Shown here: positions 38,829 through 48,444 of the stretch, piece by piece
How positions within the stretch are numbered: position 1 is the stretch's first letter
How the letters are laid out: each line of letters starts with the position of its first letter
NCBI GenBank assembly: GCA_020353515.1
Contig: CP070695.1
Span: 3,225,532-3,289,531, forward strand
DNA length: 64,000 bases
Origin: Candidatus Heimdallarchaeota archaeon
GTDB taxonomy: Archaea > Asgardarchaeota > Heimdallarchaeia > Hodarchaeales > Hodarchaeaceae
Reading direction: 5' to 3'
Notes under the pieces: model-generated
What the model was told of the DNA's origin: nothing
Database searches by the model: none
The model's input: the letters and a program-made list of their open reading frames with translations, nothing else
Position numbers and translations under genes: made by a program

Positions 38829-39523
38829 AAAAGAATTGGAGAGATTATGCATTTCTTTTTACAATTATTGGCTGTATACAATTCATCGTTCTTTCATCCC
38901 TAGCTATGTTAAGCTATGGTGGTGGAACACGTGTTAATCCAAATAGTTCAGGTTATAGCTTTTCTTTGAATTTCTTTAGTGACTTAGGGAGAATTAAGGC
39001 GTTTGGTAATCCAAATACGGTTTCTGCCATTCTTTTTTTCATTACTCTTATGGTAGCTAGTTTTGCGTTCGCAATCTATTTCATTGCAATTCCTGGGATT
39101 TTAAATGGTGCTAATCCTGAACACTTAAAGGCTCTCTCTCTATTAGGAGTCTTAACTTCGTTATTCTTTGGTTGTATTGCATTAACCCCGGTTGATCTTT
39201 TCCCTCAATTGCATGAACTGATTGTACTCCTTGCTTTTATTTTTTCATTTATCGTATCAATGTTAATGTATCTCTTGTTTAATGGTATAGCAACTATCCC
39301 CAGAGTTTACCGTCTTATTTTTTTAGGATTCAGTGGTCTTATTGTTATGTATGGAGCAGTATCGTTAGTTACTACATTTTTCCCTGAAAATCTCATAGAA
39401 TTTTCATTATTCTTTCGTGTGATATTACAAAAAATTGTTATCTATTATCTAATTGGATGTTTTCTTTTCCAAAGCCTAGGTGCCCTTAAGAATTACCCCA
39501 CAGTGTTTATTCAAGCAAATTGA
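38825..39523 (+). CDS. DUF998-like membrane protein
   Basis: YSFSLNFFSDLG motif, P.D....H, QKI; about 6 TM. Confidence 0.65.
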   Translation: MKKNWRDYAFLFTIIGCIQFIVLSSLAMLSYGGGTRVNPNSSGYSFSLNFFSDLGRIKAFGNPNTVSAILFFITLMVASFAFAIYFIAIPGILNGANPEHLKALSLLGVLTSLFFGCIALTPVDLFPQLHELIVLLAFIFSFIVSMLMYLLFNGIATIPRVYRLIFLGFSGLIVMYGAVSLVTTFFPENLIEFSLFFRVILQKIVIYYLIGCFLFQSLGALKNYPTVFIQAN

Positions 39524-39570
39524 CTACTTATGTGCTGCTATGTTAATCAATAGTTTGATGTTGTGATCCA

Positions 39571-40455
39571 TTGAGCATTCAAAAGTTAGAAATACAAATA
39601 TTAGTTGAAAATGTTGCTGGTCCTGGAGGAATACTGGGTGAAAGTGGTTTTTCCGCCCTCTCCAAAGTCCAATTCTCCGAGTCGGAATTAAAAATCTTAT
39701 TTGATACTGGCCCCTCACCTGTTGCGTTTCTTAACAATGCTAAAAAACTACAAGTTGATTTTACTACTATTGATGCAATAGTGCTAAGTCATGGCCATTG
39801 GGATCATGTAGGAGGATTGAAAGAGGCGATTGCCTTAACAAAAAAACGAATTCCCGTGATCTGTCATCCTCAAGCTCTCTCACCTAAAATCTTTACTGAA
39901 AAAGGAAAGAAATATGATGTAGGAATTCAAGAATTCTTTTCATCGATTGATGACCTCAAGAAACAAGTTGATTTAATGACAACGACTACCTCTCATGAAT
40001 TTACTGAATCAATTATGACCACTGGTGAAGTTCCTCGTCAAAATGATTATGAAGTATTATCGGGTGACCTTAAAGATGTCACAACAATGAAGAATGGAGA
40101 AACTGTTCCAGATGAGCTAGAGGACGACCTCTCCTTGATTTTTCATCTAGCAGATAGTTCAATAGTAATTCTTGCAGGATGTTGTCATGCTGGAATAGTA
40201 AATACAGTTGCTAGAACAGAAGAATTAACTGGCACGAGTGACATTGTAGGAGTAATAGGCGGCCTCCATCTTCATGATGCATCAGATGACCGCCTTTCTT
40301 GGACAAATCAAGAATTGAAGAACTACCCTATAACAAAAATAGCTCCCTGTCATTGTACTGGGTTTCGGGGAAAGTATGCTTTATCAACAGCATTTGGAAA
40401 AAAATTTTTGGATGTATCTACTTCCTCTACTATAAAATTTGAAGCTGCTAAATAG
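39571..40455 (+). CDS. MBL-fold metallo-hydrolase (archaeal dihydropteroate-synthase-like group)
   Basis: LFDTG, LSHGHWDHVGG, GCCHAG, GGLHL, PCHCTG. Confidence 0.88.
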   Translation: MSIQKLEIQILVENVAGPGGILGESGFSALSKVQFSESELKILFDTGPSPVAFLNNAKKLQVDFTTIDAIVLSHGHWDHVGGLKEAIALTKKRIPVICHPQALSPKIFTEKGKKYDVGIQEFFSSIDDLKKQVDLMTTTTSHEFTESIMTTGEVPRQNDYEVLSGDLKDVTTMKNGETVPDELEDDLSLIFHLADSSIVILAGCCHAGIVNTVARTEELTGTSDIVGVIGGLHLHDASDDRLSWTNQELKNYPITKIAPCHCTGFRGKYALSTAFGKKFLDVSTSSTIKFEAAK

Positions 40456-40611
40456 AAGCTCTTCGTTCTTTGCACTAATGTCTTTTATCCATCAACAAGG
40501 GATAATCTTTTTTAATAAATCAACTCATAGTTTGATAACACCTAATAATTTAACCTAATTTGCTAAAAAAAAAAGAAATAGGATTGATGAATTGTCTTAT
40601 GGTGATTTAAT

Positions 40612-42051
40612 ATGAGTACATCTGAATATAGAAAACCTGACATACAAACGGATTTTTCTAGTATGCCAACATGGCTATACTTACTGGTAGTCGTAATTCT
40701 TTATGCTTTTGGAGCATACTCTTTTGTGCACTTTATTTTTGCTCCAGAAAATACTGAGATTCTAGAATCAATCTCAGAGGTCTTTTATCTAGTAATTCCA
40801 GTTACTATGCCTTTCTTACCACTTTTAATCGCTTTTGCTGCAATCTTCTTATTTATTACAATCATTCTAGCATATATTATTGTCTGGATTATGAGTAAAC
40901 TTGCCCAAGAAGTCACAATTATAGTTTGCATTCTTTTTCCCCTATTTATGGTTGCAGTTGGCGCTTTAATCTATTTCTCTGATCCAGAACTTTGGATTCT
41001 CGCTTTATTCATTGCAGGACTTGGGGCTTTGTTCTTTCTTTTTGTCCTTTGGAAATTCACTTTAATTAAACGTTCTGGGCAATTTGTTGAATTTTCTGCT
41101 CAGCTTGTACTGGATGAAAAAGCTGTAATAGCGATGCCTATCTTTTTAGGAATTTATTCTATTATCACAGGTTTTTTTATGCTCTTTGGTTTCTTTGAAA
41201 TTCTTAGCCTTTTTACAGTTGAGAATGCCGCAGGTGACCCTGAGCTCAGTCTTCCTGGTTATGTTTTTGCCATTTTATTCGAATATATTTACCTGATAGT
41301 ATATTTGGGAGTTTACTATAGCCTATCTGCTGGTGTGATCTCGTACGCTAGTGATTGGTATCGAGGCTTAGATCCAGATTTGAATTCTGCGATGAAAGAT
41401 GTTCGGCAAGTATTTCCTATAATCATAAAATTTGCTTTTGCAATGGCAACTGTTAAGATGATTATGCAAATAGCTACATCAGCAGGAAGAAGCCAAACAC
41501 GAGCTACTGATAGACAAGGGGGTGGTGCAATTATTTTTGCGTTTATTGGTGCTGCTGTCGCAGGTTTGTTTATTTCGATCCTTGGTGCGATCTGGATGTT
41601 CATGAATTATTTTACACTAATATCCATCGTACAGAATAAACGAGGATTGACGGATTCGATTAAAGATTCAGCAAAGACGACATGGAATTCATTATTAGAT
41701 GTCTTAGTTGGAGAGTCTGGATTTGGATTGACAACGTTCATTTTTGCTGTCATAAATTCCTTGTTGTGGATCGTGGTTGGATTTGGCCTAGGATTTGCTG
41801 TTAGCCAAGATTTTGGATTTGGTATCATATTTGCTTTCATATTTCTTATTTTAGGAAGCTTACCCTACAATGTTGTTACAATGCCTATGAAAGTAGCCTT
41901 CCGTTCTTTCCTTTATTCCTATGCAAAGGATACTATTGAAGGTTACAAGAAACCAAGTCGTTTACCCACAGAGCTACGCACGGAGTTCAGCACATTAGCC
42001 AGTAAACAAAGAAAAAGACGAGGCCTGAGAGATCCTAATCAATATTTCTGA
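40612..42051 (+). CDS. Multi-pass membrane protein, choline-transporter-like (CTL/SLC44-like) by pattern
   Basis: About 10 TM; IKRSGQFVEFSAQLVLDEKAVIAMP and NYFTLISIVQNKRGLTDSIKDS resemble conserved CTL segments. Confidence 0.55.
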   Translation: MSTSEYRKPDIQTDFSSMPTWLYLLVVVILYAFGAYSFVHFIFAPENTEILESISEVFYLVIPVTMPFLPLLIAFAAIFLFITIILAYIIVWIMSKLAQEVTIIVCILFPLFMVAVGALIYFSDPELWILALFIAGLGALFFLFVLWKFTLIKRSGQFVEFSAQLVLDEKAVIAMPIFLGIYSIITGFFMLFGFFEILSLFTVENAAGDPELSLPGYVFAILFEYIYLIVYLGVYYSLSAGVISYASDWYRGLDPDLNSAMKDVRQVFPIIIKFAFAMATVKMIMQIATSAGRSQTRATDRQGGGAIIFAFIGAAVAGLFISILGAIWMFMNYFTLISIVQNKRGLTDSIKDSAKTTWNSLLDVLVGESGFGLTTFIFAVINSLLWIVVGFGLGFAVSQDFGFGIIFAFIFLILGSLPYNVVTMPMKVAFRSFLYSYAKDTIEGYKKPSRLPTELRTEFSTLASKQRKRRGLRDPNQYF

Positions 42052-42071
42052 ATAACCCAATTCAGGGTTAT
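42052..42071. terminator. Small hairpin between convergent genes
   Basis: ATAACCC-AATTCA-GGGTTAT 7-bp stem filling the gap between two stop codons. Confidence 0.35.
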
Positions 42072-42715
42072 CAACCCATTCTCCTTTTTTTATTGTTGCT
42101 TTGAGTTGGCCGTGGAGCCTCTTTCATATCAATTCTTTCAGATAAATTCAATGTTTCTTGAATTTTTTTAGCTAATTGATTTGTTCTCGCACCTGCTAAC
42201 CTAGTTTCATCTGAATAGAGAATAGATGTCTCTAGAGGCGAATCATCAGAAAGTTGATAATCTACTTCAAGTTGATAACGATTAAAGAGTTTTAGAGTGT
42301 CCAATGGAATTATATGAATCCTAAGTGATCGAATTTGATTTCTTGAAATTGTTTTCATTCTTGACCATTGGAAGAGTTGCCATTGCTTCTGTATCCCTGG
42401 GGTTTTTAGAGATAACTCCTTTTTGATAATCCAACTTTCAGTCCACATCCCTTCTTTTATAGCGATTAGAAAGCAACCTCCCCCAAACAAAAATAAAAGT
42501 GATGTAAACGGAAAAAGATCACTATTTATCAGTCCAAGCCAAAAGAACGCCCAAGGCCCTGACGCGTCTAAAAAACTCCAATAAGCCCATACAAATAGTA
42601 CTTGAAAAAGGAAACCCATTATCATGAAAAAGAGGCTTTTTAATTTACTCCCATGATGAGTTATCCATAATTCATTAGGATTTGACTCGTTTATGTCAAA
42701 TGTCATTTTGTTCAC
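42071..42715 (-). CDS. Hypothetical 2-TM membrane protein with soluble C-terminal domain
   Basis: Two TM helices followed by a beta-rich region. Confidence 0.6.
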   Translation of the reverse strand: MNKMTFDINESNPNELWITHHGSKLKSLFFMIMGFLFQVLFVWAYWSFLDASGPWAFFWLGLINSDLFPFTSLLFLFGGGCFLIAIKEGMWTESWIIKKELSLKTPGIQKQWQLFQWSRMKTISRNQIRSLRIHIIPLDTLKLFNRYQLEVDYQLSDDSPLETSILYSDETRLAGARTNQLAKKIQETLNLSERIDMKEAPRPTQSNNKKRRMG

Positions 42716-42797
42716 CGATTAAATAGATTTCAGTCAAAATTATCAATTTAGAAATCGTAAACCTTTCTAAAAACGTTTTAGCTTTATTTTTTACCCC

Positions 42798-43871
42798 TCA
42801 AATTACTTTTACAATCCAGTCATATGGATCTTCCACTCGCCCATATTGAATATCTGTTAGCTGGTTGTACAGCTCTCTTGAAATGTCACCAATCTCAAAG
42901 TTATTTATTATGTGTTCTTTATTTTGATAATAAAGACTCCCAACAGGTGCTATTGATGCAGCAGTCCCACTCATGAATACCTCAGATATTTTTCCATTGT
43001 GTATTCCTTTGATAACGTTCTTTATTGAAAGGGCTTCTTCTTCCACATTCAGTCCTTTATCCTTTGCTAATTGAATTGTACTATCACGTGTTACACCAGG
43101 CAATATTGTACCTGATGATAAAGGTGCTGTATAGATTACATCATCAAAGACAAAGAATATGTTACTAGCACCGACTTCCTCAACATACTCTTTCTGGATA
43201 GCATCTAACCACAAGACTTGACTACAACCGTACTGTTCGGCTTCACTACCCACTAATAAGCTTGCTGCATAATTACCACCCGTTTTTACATTGCCAGTAC
43301 CACCAGAAGCAGCTCGTATATAAAATTCACTGACAAAGATTTTTACACACTGGAACCCTTCAGGAAAGTATGGTCCAGAAGGGGAAAGAATGACATAGAA
43401 AAGATAATCAGTGGATGGCCTTACTCCTAAACCTGGTTCTGTACCAATCATGGTGGGCCTTATGTATAATGATGTACCAAGAGATTTTGGAGCCCAATCT
43501 TTCTCGAGTTTTATTAATTCCTTGAGTGCAAATAAGTAATTTTCTGGATCTATTTCTGGCATCATCATCCGCCTAGCAGAAGAATTAAAGCGTTGAGCAT
43601 TTCTATCTGGCCGAAACAGATTTATGTGACCATCTGGTGTACTAAAAGCCTTTTGCCCCTCGAAGATTTCCTGAGCATAATGTAAAACGATTGCAGAGGG
43701 ATCAAGATCTATTGGTGAATATTTTCTTATCACAGGATTCTCCCAAACTCCATTCTTATACTCCATGACAAACATTCTGTCAGTGAATATTTTTCCAAAT
43801 CCTAAATCATCCTCTGACTCATATTTTGGTTTTAGTTCAGATTCAGGAATGTTTTTATAGCTTATTTTCAT
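42798..43871 (-). CDS. ilvE: Branched-chain amino acid aminotransferase
   Basis: LHYAQEIFEGQKA, LFRPD.N, SLYIRP, KTGGNYA, EEVGASN, ILPGVTR, GTAA; probable ATG 43871 (track 43931). Confidence 0.95.
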   Translation of the reverse strand: MKISYKNIPESELKPKYESEDDLGFGKIFTDRMFVMEYKNGVWENPVIRKYSPIDLDPSAIVLHYAQEIFEGQKAFSTPDGHINLFRPDRNAQRFNSSARRMMMPEIDPENYLFALKELIKLEKDWAPKSLGTSLYIRPTMIGTEPGLGVRPSTDYLFYVILSPSGPYFPEGFQCVKIFVSEFYIRAASGGTGNVKTGGNYAASLLVGSEAEQYGCSQVLWLDAIQKEYVEEVGASNIFFVFDDVIYTAPLSSGTILPGVTRDSTIQLAKDKGLNVEEEALSIKNVIKGIHNGKISEVFMSGTAASIAPVGSLYYQNKEHIINNFEIGDISRELYNQLTDIQYGRVEDPYDWIVKVI

Positions 43872-43939
43872 ATTTAATACTTCCAACGTTGTGGGGTAAA
43901 ACAAAAGACCTTTTTGAAGAATTTTTTTCATTTATGAAA

Positions 43940-44857
43940 TCATTTCTCTTCTTTGGTGAGAATAATTGGTTTGATTAACCTTAAAACTTGTCGTCCAGAT
44001 TTCTTTGTCTTCCAATTAAGAAGATCCATATGAGTTGCAGAAGGGACAGTGAAATTTGTAGCAAATTTCAGAGGCACCCGACTTGCATCCACCAGCCCAT
44101 CATTAGGGATAATGCCAACATGTATAAATGGGAAATGATGATCTATCCGCAATCTTCTGAAGAGGAACGGCTGCCATACAACTGGTAACCATCCAAGTTG
44201 CTTAATCCACTTCAGTCCTCTCACTGTTACCCAAGTGATGAGTTCTTCAATATTTTTGGAACGTCGATTGAGGTGTTTAAGAAAAACAGAATTTGGAACC
44301 ATTTGCATGAATTGTGACTTAAATAATTGAAGATCATCTGATGTTACTCCGTCAGGTAGCTCAAATACTAAGTTTAGTCCAGTCATCAGGATATCAATTG
44401 GTATGTTAATTGAGCATTGGGCTAACCTCGTTCCATGATTTGGGGTTCCTAATAGGAAGATATTGTTAATAATTCCATTTCTGATCCAAATACTATTATT
44501 TTTCTCCTTTGATAAATATTTTACCATACTCCGTGTAACTAATCCGCCCATGGAGTGTGCAAAAATATCTAAACTCACTTCTTCTTGATAATTCTTAAGT
44601 ACAGCACAGATTTGTGCGTAAAAGTGATGAGCTAGAGTTTGAGATGTATTCTCATCGTAAATTGGAGTTTTTAAGTCATAAGGCCTACTAAAGTTTATTC
44701 CATATTTTGAGCTATAATATGAGATATTGAATACATTATCATAAATCTGGGCAAAAGGATCTTCATTTAGTGTGTTTTCAACTTCATGTAGCATTATTGG
44801 AGCGCCTAAAAACCCATGACAACAGACCGCAATACGCTTTCTTGATGTATGAGACAA
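43940..44857 (-). CDS. Alpha/beta hydrolase (lipase/PGAP1-like)
   Basis: HGFLG oxyanion, AHSMGGL nucleophile elbow, LGTPNHG, NDGLV, H at ATHM. Confidence 0.88.
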   Translation of the reverse strand: MSHTSRKRIAVCCHGFLGAPIMLHEVENTLNEDPFAQIYDNVFNISYYSSKYGINFSRPYDLKTPIYDENTSQTLAHHFYAQICAVLKNYQEEVSLDIFAHSMGGLVTRSMVKYLSKEKNNSIWIRNGIINNIFLLGTPNHGTRLAQCSINIPIDILMTGLNLVFELPDGVTSDDLQLFKSQFMQMVPNSVFLKHLNRRSKNIEELITWVTVRGLKWIKQLGWLPVVWQPFLFRRLRIDHHFPFIHVGIIPNDGLVDASRVPLKFATNFTVPSATHMDLLNWKTKKSGRQVLRLIKPIILTKEEK

Positions 44858-44869
44858 AAATACTGGCTC

Positions 44870-46816
44870 CTATTCTTTTTGGGTGATAGAAGATATATCT
44901 TCTTTCTTTTTAAAAATGTCTTTTACAACTGTAGGGGAGAGATATAACATGAAAAATAGATCAATTACAATTATATTTAATAGAAGGAAAACGAGGGGGT
45001 TGTTTATAAATGTAGTTCTGTTCAATAATGCATGTATGATCATAAATACAAGTATAGAGAAGACGGTATATTTGTGAATTCTTCTAACCAGTTTTCTTTG
45101 TCTAACCAACTTAAAAGCAAAAATAATTCCAGTTACCCCAGCAATAATACCTAAGAGGATGTTCAAGTTCGCTAAATAAATTCCTATGTCATACCGTGTG
45201 GTTGGAAATGAAATGATACCCTCTATAAAGTAAGAAGAAGTACTAAAATATGTATCGATGTTCAAAAAATTCCAAAGGTCACGAACATGACCATGGATTA
45301 CCATAAAATGAAATATGACTCCTATAAGAGGGATAATTCCTATAATACAATGTATCCATCGCATTTTCTTTGTTAATTTTCGTCTAAGAACGGGGAGAGA
45401 CAAATACAAACAGATATAGAAGGGAATATAAGACAAAAGGGCAAATGTTCTTGCCATATCTGTTAACGGAATAATTGGTTCTTTTTCTTCTTCATAATAT
45501 TCTGATGTTAAACCAATAGGAATGATATAGATAGGAGTATGTGTGGTAGAAAGATCAATCACTTGAGCTGTCGTCCCCTCATATAATGCACCAACAACAA
45601 CAGTTCCTAGACCGTATGATGCACATTTTAAATAGACATTCTGAGCAAACATACCAATATTGAACATCATTATACGATGATATAGGATAGAATCAGCTTG
45701 TTCGCCAATCCAAGATGTATTAACGGAAATAATAATATCTAATTGAGCCTTTTCGATCATCATCTGGTTTAATCCAGCTTTTCTAAGATCTGTCCGCAAA
45801 TCTCCTACTGTTAACAGTTGGAGTGAGTTATTTTTTATAAAAAAGTTGTAAGATCCGTTTATTAATCCATCTACATCACCAATTACTAATTTAAGATCTA
45901 AATGTTGATTTCCTTCAGATAAGTATGGTATTTTGGTACTATCTTTTACAATATCTAAGATCACTGAAAGGGGTATATTTCCATCTAAGTACTGTCTTAT
46001 AGATTTTCGTTTTACAAGAGCCTGCTCAACAGTCATTTCTTCTGTGTTATCAATAGATCGTTTTTTAAATTTTAATAATGGCGAATTAGATTCTCCGTTA
46101 ATTCCAACAGGCAGCACGGTCATAGGTATTAAGGTTGTATTAAGAAAATCCTGTATTATTTCGGTATTGAGATCAGTAATTATTCGTGATTTTAGATTCA
46201 GAGATGTAAGCTGAAGTAAAAAATTTTGAATGGCATGCCCCACCTCCAAATGAACATACTGTACCCCCCGATATTCATATAGCGGATGATCGGTATTATA
46301 TCTAAAAGTAGTGCGTGCATAATCAGCTAAAATTAGGAATACAGTAGAAACGTTGGAAACTGCATCTTGATCTTCACCAAAAAGAGACGATATGAGCTTC
46401 ATCGAATTATATGATGAAGAAACAATTCTTAACTCATGATTCTGGGGCACATAGTTATAACATCCCCTTCTCAGGGAAGAAGATCCGTTATGAACTAAAT
46501 AAATCTCTAAGGGGTATGTTGCTCCAGCAGAAGGAGCAGTTCTTTTATTAATACCATGTGTTATCCCTTGGAGAGACCACAGTATCTGAGAAACCTCTTT
46601 AAGCTCAAGTGGAATATCTCTCAGGTTATCAGTCGTTTTTGATTGATGAATGGCTGAACTTAAAGGAAGATGTCCCTTATAATCTGGTGTAGATAAAGAT
46701 AGTGTATTAGCTGGGAATGGTATGAGTTGAAAAATCAATAAAATTGATGAAAGTCCAAGTACCCCCAGTAAGAAGAAGAATATAACATATTCTGATGATT
46801 TTGTATTTTTACTCAT
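44870..46816 (-). CDS. Tandem SagB/ThcOx-type nitroreductase domains fused to a His-paired (cytochrome b-like) membrane domain
   Basis: RTAPSAGATYPLEIY, LEVGHAIQN, KRKSIRQY, QNVYLKCASYGLGTVVVGA; N-terminal TM; C-terminal TMs with two H-x13-H pairs. Confidence 0.8.
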   Translation of the reverse strand: MSKNTKSSEYVIFFFLLGVLGLSSILLIFQLIPFPANTLSLSTPDYKGHLPLSSAIHQSKTTDNLRDIPLELKEVSQILWSLQGITHGINKRTAPSAGATYPLEIYLVHNGSSSLRRGCYNYVPQNHELRIVSSSYNSMKLISSLFGEDQDAVSNVSTVFLILADYARTTFRYNTDHPLYEYRGVQYVHLEVGHAIQNFLLQLTSLNLKSRIITDLNTEIIQDFLNTTLIPMTVLPVGINGESNSPLLKFKKRSIDNTEEMTVEQALVKRKSIRQYLDGNIPLSVILDIVKDSTKIPYLSEGNQHLDLKLVIGDVDGLINGSYNFFIKNNSLQLLTVGDLRTDLRKAGLNQMMIEKAQLDIIISVNTSWIGEQADSILYHRIMMFNIGMFAQNVYLKCASYGLGTVVVGALYEGTTAQVIDLSTTHTPIYIIPIGLTSEYYEEEKEPIIPLTDMARTFALLSYIPFYICLYLSLPVLRRKLTKKMRWIHCIIGIIPLIGVIFHFMVIHGHVRDLWNFLNIDTYFSTSSYFIEGIISFPTTRYDIGIYLANLNILLGIIAGVTGIIFAFKLVRQRKLVRRIHKYTVFSILVFMIIHALLNRTTFINNPLVFLLLNIIVIDLFFMLYLSPTVVKDIFKKKEDISSITQKE

Positions 46817-46842
46817 ACTATACGCAACCGATAGTCTATCGG

Positions 46843-47682
46843 TTATGGATTTTCTGAGATTAGATTCACAGATTTTCCTTTTTGACGATCATAAATTTCC
46901 TTACGGGGTTCCAATTCAAAGACTTTTTTAGGACAATTCTCGACACAGAGTCCACAACCTAGGCACTTCTCTTGATCGATATGAGGACCGCTTTCGTTAT
47001 CAAGGGTTAGCGCTTTTTTATGGCAAAATTTCACACAAATCCCACATTTATCACAAGCATCTGCATTAATTACACTTGACTGATAGAATGAGGGAAGTTG
47101 TCCCCAATCGATCTCAGGAGCCCACCAAGAAGCACAGAATTGGTCACAATTACATAAGCATGCGACACGGGGAGGCCATTTCCAAAGTACTGTTTGAAAG
47201 CAGTGTTCTTCTTTTCTTGATTCCACAATGATATCTCTAGCATCTTCAGGGTCAACATAGGTTCCGATTGTTGGTTTTCCTTTGAGTTTAGCTTTCCCAT
47301 CCCATCGACGAGCCTGTTCAGCATCATTATTCAGTAAAATACACTTGTATAACTTGGGATGTTCAGAATGTGTTGAATGGCGACAACTACAGTATGTCAG
47401 ATAAACATCTTTACTCATCTCAAGAATCTTCAATGACTCCTCTAAGGTTGATACTACTTGCCCACCATGAATTTTTTTAGCATAAAAATTATAGAAATTC
47501 TTTTTTGGAAAACCCCAAGGTTTTGTTTTTTTCGAGATGTCATCTATGGTTCCATAGAGTATCCCCATGTCAATATGCCAGTCCCAAAACCGTTGAAACC
47601 TATTTATTGTACCTAAATCATGGTTTGAAGGCTCTAAATACCAAACCTTACGTGCAGTATGTTCAACACACCATCGACACAT
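46843..47682 (-). CDS. 4Fe-4S dicluster protein with additional Cys motifs
   Basis: MCRWCVEH, CSCR, CLCNCDQFC, CDKCGICVKFC, CLGCGLCVENCP. Confidence 0.85.
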   Translation of the reverse strand: MCRWCVEHTARKVWYLEPSNHDLGTINRFQRFWDWHIDMGILYGTIDDISKKTKPWGFPKKNFYNFYAKKIHGGQVVSTLEESLKILEMSKDVYLTYCSCRHSTHSEHPKLYKCILLNNDAEQARRWDGKAKLKGKPTIGTYVDPEDARDIIVESRKEEHCFQTVLWKWPPRVACLCNCDQFCASWWAPEIDWGQLPSFYQSSVINADACDKCGICVKFCHKKALTLDNESGPHIDQEKCLGCGLCVENCPKKVFELEPRKEIYDRQKGKSVNLISENP

Positions 47683-47772
47683 ATATTACACCTTGCGAGA
47701 AATGTTATCGGAAACAATTTTTTCAACTTTTAATATGTGTCTATTAACCTTCTTTTTAGGAAATTATTTGAT

Positions 47773-48432
47773 ATGACACTGATTGATTTAGCTCAGGCAC
47801 TTATGTTATCATTTTCAGCAGTTTTCATTATGGAATTGGGAGATAAAACTCAATTGGCTGCATTTGCATTGAGTATGAGGTATCGAAGTCCGTTAAAAGT
47901 GTTCTTAGGAGCTATTTTGGGATTAACTGGGGTTACAGTACTTGCTGTAATTATTGGAACCCTAATGAAAAACACAGTTGATGTATCTCTATTAAAACCT
48001 ATTATAGGACTTCTTTTTATTCTAGGTGGAATAATGATCTTAATAATTAACTTTAAGAAAGGATCTGATGAAGCTGTCCGAATCTGTCCTGTTAGAATGG
48101 AATTTTGCGCTAAACCTCATGAAAACTGTCCTGATATAGAGCATTGTGATCTCTATTTAAAGGAAGTTGTGCAGAAGGGGGGATTTGTAGGTTCGCTATC
48201 CTTTATGTTTCTAGCAGAATTAGGGGATAAAACGATGTTGATGGGTGTAGGATTAGCTACTCAATTTGATCCCTGGGGGGTATTATTTGGAGCTGTATTA
48301 GCGTTATCTCTAATTAATGGTATCGGAGTTTATGCTGGTGACAAAGTGGCAAAAAAACTTCCTAGAGATAAAATAAATCTGGTTTCAGCAATATTATTTA
48401 TAGTATTAGGTTTTCTTATCTTTTTCCTTTAA
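47773..48432 (+). CDS. TMEM165/GDT1 (UPF0016) Ca2+/Mn2+ transporter
   Basis: Two ELGDKT motifs in inverted-repeat halves; probable ATG 47773 (track 47737). Confidence 0.92.
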   Translation: MTLIDLAQALMLSFSAVFIMELGDKTQLAAFALSMRYRSPLKVFLGAILGLTGVTVLAVIIGTLMKNTVDVSLLKPIIGLLFILGGIMILIINFKKGSDEAVRICPVRMEFCAKPHENCPDIEHCDLYLKEVVQKGGFVGSLSFMFLAELGDKTMLMGVGLATQFDPWGVLFGAVLALSLINGIGVYAGDKVAKKLPRDKINLVSAILFIVLGFLIFFL

Positions 48433-48444
48433 GCCTGGGAGAAT

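Noticed and set aside
40565-40574. A10 run upstream of the CTL-like gene as a phase-variation tract
   Set aside because: Intergenic A/T runs are common in this AT-rich window; nothing ties this one to promoter spacing
44870-46816. RiPP (thiazole/oxazole) biosynthetic cluster suggested by SagB domains
   Set aside because: No YcaO, E1-like protein or precursor peptide nearby
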